A DNA stretch of 64,000 nt from Hamiltosporidium tvaerminnensis FI-OER-3-3 (lineage: Eukaryota; Fungi; Microsporidia): contig JAKIMF020000001.1 in the NCBI GenBank assembly GCA_022605425.2, positions 1,426,001 to 1,490,000 on the forward strand, in the 5' to 3' direction. Numbering within the stretch: the stretch's first letter is position 1; each line of letters begins with the position of its first letter. Below are positions 60,870 to 64,000 of this stretch, in pieces. The position numbers were made by a program, and so were the translations under genes. Under the pieces are notes generated by a model. That model ran no database searches and was not told where the DNA came from. It was given only the letters and a program-made list of their open reading frames with translations.

Positions 60870-61466
60870 TCAAGGCCTGGTATTTATCCCTTCTGTTATC
60901 GGATTTCGATTAGTAAATGTAACACATAGGTACATCGATATAATTGCCGAAATAAGAATAAAATAAATAAATGCTGTTAAATATTTAAATATTGTCGGAA
61001 TTTTTTTTTGAGAAAATACGCTAAGAGAAACAAACAAAATTCCAAGATAAAATGAACATGATAGGATAAACAAATAAGCTGGTTTTTTATACAAATATGA
61101 GCCAATAATTATTGTATCAATGAAATCTAGAACTGAAAAATATAAAAACATAGCATATTTCTTTACAAATATAAGCTTTGGATATCTGTTTGCTTTGGTA
61201 GTAGATTTAAGTTCATTATCTATTTCCTCATATAGTAATTGTTCTGTTTCGGGTAGTACATTTATTGCCTCAGGATCCGTTTCAATAGAATAAATGGCAT
61301 CTACGTTTTTGGTTAGTAAATTTCCAATTGTGACAGAACGAAAAAATATATGATTAGGGTTTTGTTCTATATAACAACCATCGCTACTAGAAATACTGAT
61401 GGTATCAGTAAAAATTTCTTTTATAATCACATTGACTTCAATATGTTGAATTTGTTCTTCTTTCAT
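60870..61466 (-). CDS. Hypothetical membrane protein (about 3 C-terminal TM helices)
   Basis: 198-aa ATG-initiated ORF with three hydrophobic segments in the C-terminal half. Confidence 0.7.
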   Translation of the reverse strand: MKEEQIQHIEVNVIIKEIFTDTISISSSDGCYIEQNPNHIFFRSVTIGNLLTKNVDAIYSIETDPEAINVLPETEQLLYEEIDNELKSTTKANRYPKLIFVKKYAMFLYFSVLDFIDTIIIGSYLYKKPAYLFILSCSFYLGILFVSLSVFSQKKIPTIFKYLTAFIYFILISAIISMYLCVTFTNRNPITEGINTRP

Positions 61467-62009
61467 ATTTCAATGGATTTTTAAATATTTTTTTTGATCA
61501 TATTAATTGATTTGGTAAACAAATATTTGAATTCAAATCTTAAAACCCTAAGAAAAAAGCAACCAAGATAAATTAATTTTTTATTTAGTAAATAAAATTT
61601 TTTTACGAAAGTATTTACCTATATTTGAACATAGAACATAAGACTATTATTGTTTTGGCTTTTTTAAAGGAATTCTGATGAGAAAAACAGGGCATAACGA
61701 TTTGAATCTTCTTTTTAACTTTAGCATTCCAGAATATTCTTTTCGTGCTTATTTTTGCGTGGCTAAAAACTAAGTGAATTTTTCCCATCAAGTAGTTAAA
61801 TTGAGAGGCAAGGAGATTTTTAGAAAAATGCCTCAAAAAGAGAAAAAATTTTTATTGTATCAAGATAGCAATTTGTGAGTGCATGATGTTCAATGAAATG
61901 AATATCTGAATGCCATAAAATGGAAATGTACATGCGTATTTATAAATTAAGCAGCCTTTAAATAAAAAGTATGCAAAACAATAATGTTTTAGCTAATCAA
62001 AAAAGCCTT

Positions 62010-62400
62010 TAATTAATGCCACGGGCCAATAAACCCTCCCATATCCAATAGAACCCTTGCTATTTCCTATACATTTTTAATGTTGATAGCACCCTTTATT
62101 TTTTTCATATAGCCCTTTAATTCCTATACTCTTATAACCAATTTATTTCCCATATTCCTATACATCTTCTTATTTTAGTTTCCTTGTCAATATTTCTTAT
62201 CCATCCTTTCTTAAAATTTCTTTTGTATAAACAATAAGAGGTGTTAATTATGAATAAAGTTTATATCTTTCTTTTCAGTTCTTTTTTTGCATTTTTCGGT
62301 TTTTTGCATTTGTCAGTATTTGTAAAGCGAAATTTCGTTGTATAATTCGATACAGACACCAAACAACATAACATTGTATATAAACTAATTTAAAGCTTTC
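62010..62400 (-). repeat. Dispersed repeat family X, copy 2
   Basis: Inverted homolog of ~50-440. Confidence 0.75.
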
Positions 62401-62449
62401 ATATTATATATTTTTTTCTAAGGAATTCATTTTATATTATATAAAAATA

Positions 62450-63750
62450 TAATGTAACCCCACTGCCAAAGATTGTAAGTTGTAAAAATAGGCAAGAAAA
62501 AGAAATTCTTACTGCACATTTAAAAACCGGTCAGTATCCAGCTAAGTATTCAAAAGAAGAAAAGAATTGTGGAGTCATAACAGTTTACTTTACTCGGGGA
62601 TGATATTTGTTTTAAAAGAAGCGATCATCTAATAAGAGCCGTTTTTAGATTTGAACCTGTCTTGATTAAATAAATTATTCGAATAGAGCATTCTGTTGTA
62701 CACATCTGATTGAATAAAAGGATGGCTTTGTTTGTACAGAAATATTATGGGATTCCCAAGGCATGCATAAAAGAATATGTAAAAGACTGTGAAACATGTA
62801 ATTAATTTAATTCTCTAACAAAATCCAGCCAATATATATAAATCATATTAAAAAAATATGATCTTTATATGATGGATTGTAAGGTCTCGGGAGATACGGT
62901 GATCAAAATGATCAATTTAGCTCGATCATTAATGCAATCAAAATATACAAAAACATCTCCAGAGCTTTAAGCTGATTAATAAAACTCCGGAACTGTAAGA
63001 AATTCATTAATTTTTTTTTTTGAAAACTTTCGTGTCCCGGCGGCAATACAATCCGATAACGGTCGATAGGTTAAAAATGCACTACTAGAAGCCTTTTAAC
63101 AAAATTTAACACCCAAATTATACATGGAAGACCACACAATCAAAAAGCGCAAGGTCAAGTAAAACGTGTAAATCAGACCATCTAAAGATGGCTAGGGAAG
63201 AAATTGCATGAAAAAGGTGGAAGAGGTGGATTAAACATTTTTATAATATTTTTTATACATATAACAGATCAGTAGATAGTGCAACAAACAAATCTCTATT
63301 TATACTTTTCTTCGGACAACCAAATTTAAATACTCCACTTTCTGGAAGCATAATAGTTGAAAAAAAAGCCAGAACGAAAGTGTCTGGTATTGATATAGAT
63401 ATTGATATAGTTTTAGTCGAAGAAAATGCAGCAAAAACACAATGGATCCTATAAATTGCTTCATATGTACATGATGAATTTACTGAAACCGTAACCAACA
63501 CAACCATTATAATAGCTGATGATCTCGGAAGCGATAGTAAGATCCGTTCGGATGTTGCAAGCATTTTAAAAATTATAGAGAAATAATTATAGAAAGCAAC
63601 AATTCAAATAGACTTGCGAAAGATTTGTCTATTAGGAATCAAGTTTTGATAAGAAAAAAACTTGTATATGATACTTAAATACAAGGAGCGCCTCTTGACT
63701 CTTTTTAGAATAATTCAGTTTTTATAGTTCCCGCTATTTGATGAACAACA
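62450..63750 (+). mobile_element. Decayed rve-integrase element (Ginger2/TDD-like DDE transposase or LTR pol remnant)
   Basis: Remnants HLKTGQYPAKYSKEEK, QKYYGIPKACIKEYVKDCETC (H2C2), PAAIQSDNG, HGRP..KAQGQVKRVNQTI*RWL; no RT/RNaseH seen nearby. Confidence 0.8.
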
Positions 63751-64000
63751 TGACTGAAGTAAAACCAATGATGATCACACAAGAACGTTTTTAAAGGCGT
63801 AATAAAACGTATTTAATGTAATTTACTTCACATTGCAATTATAATAGGCATTTTTTTATTATTTTAGTCTTGTAATTAAAATTTTTATTTTTATTTTGGC
63901 GAAACTTAAAATATTTTTTTTGGTGGAAAATTCAAGTTAAAAACTATTTAAGGACTTTTTAAAGCGACCTTTATTAAATTTAGAGAAAAAATCACATCTT

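Noticed and set aside
63253-63564. 103-aa minus-strand ORF
   Set aside because: Antisense to the integrase relic's C-terminal region.
1-64000. Prokaryotic defence or retron-type system built around the reverse transcriptases
   Set aside because: The RTs are eukaryotic non-LTR types and all flanking genes are eukaryotic housekeeping genes.

Overview
AT-rich eukaryotic DNA with the hallmarks of a large-genome, repeat-rich microsporidian. Genes are compact, divergent and apparently intronless, with CCC/GGG motifs just upstream of the ATG and AATAAA-type signals overlapping stop codons; a Hamiltosporidium-like source is my inference only. Host genes: a Sen1-type RNA/DNA helicase split into two ORFs 13 nt apart and out of frame, YAF9-like YEATS, MAK16, MCM9, DUF1764, NAR1, a RhoGAP, RMP1-like, TRM1, VMA2, an unknown membrane protein and tRNA-Gly(CCC). 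The intergenic space is filled with mobile DNA: an R4/Dong-like RLE non-LTR retrotransposon (one near-intact copy with a 14-bp TSD, one full-length decayed copy, one truncated copy and five fragments), RTE LINE remnants and an RTE-derived short element, a non-autonomous Helitron, a decayed hAT (Buster-like) transposase, a decayed rve-integrase element, decayed LRR-like gene-family copies and two unidentified dispersed repeat families. Best leads: the Sen1 junction (frameshift, 22-nt mini-intron, gene fission or error), the UTR-less R4 element, a host homeobox-like 5' fragment inserted in a retroelement, and the structured RTE-derived short element.
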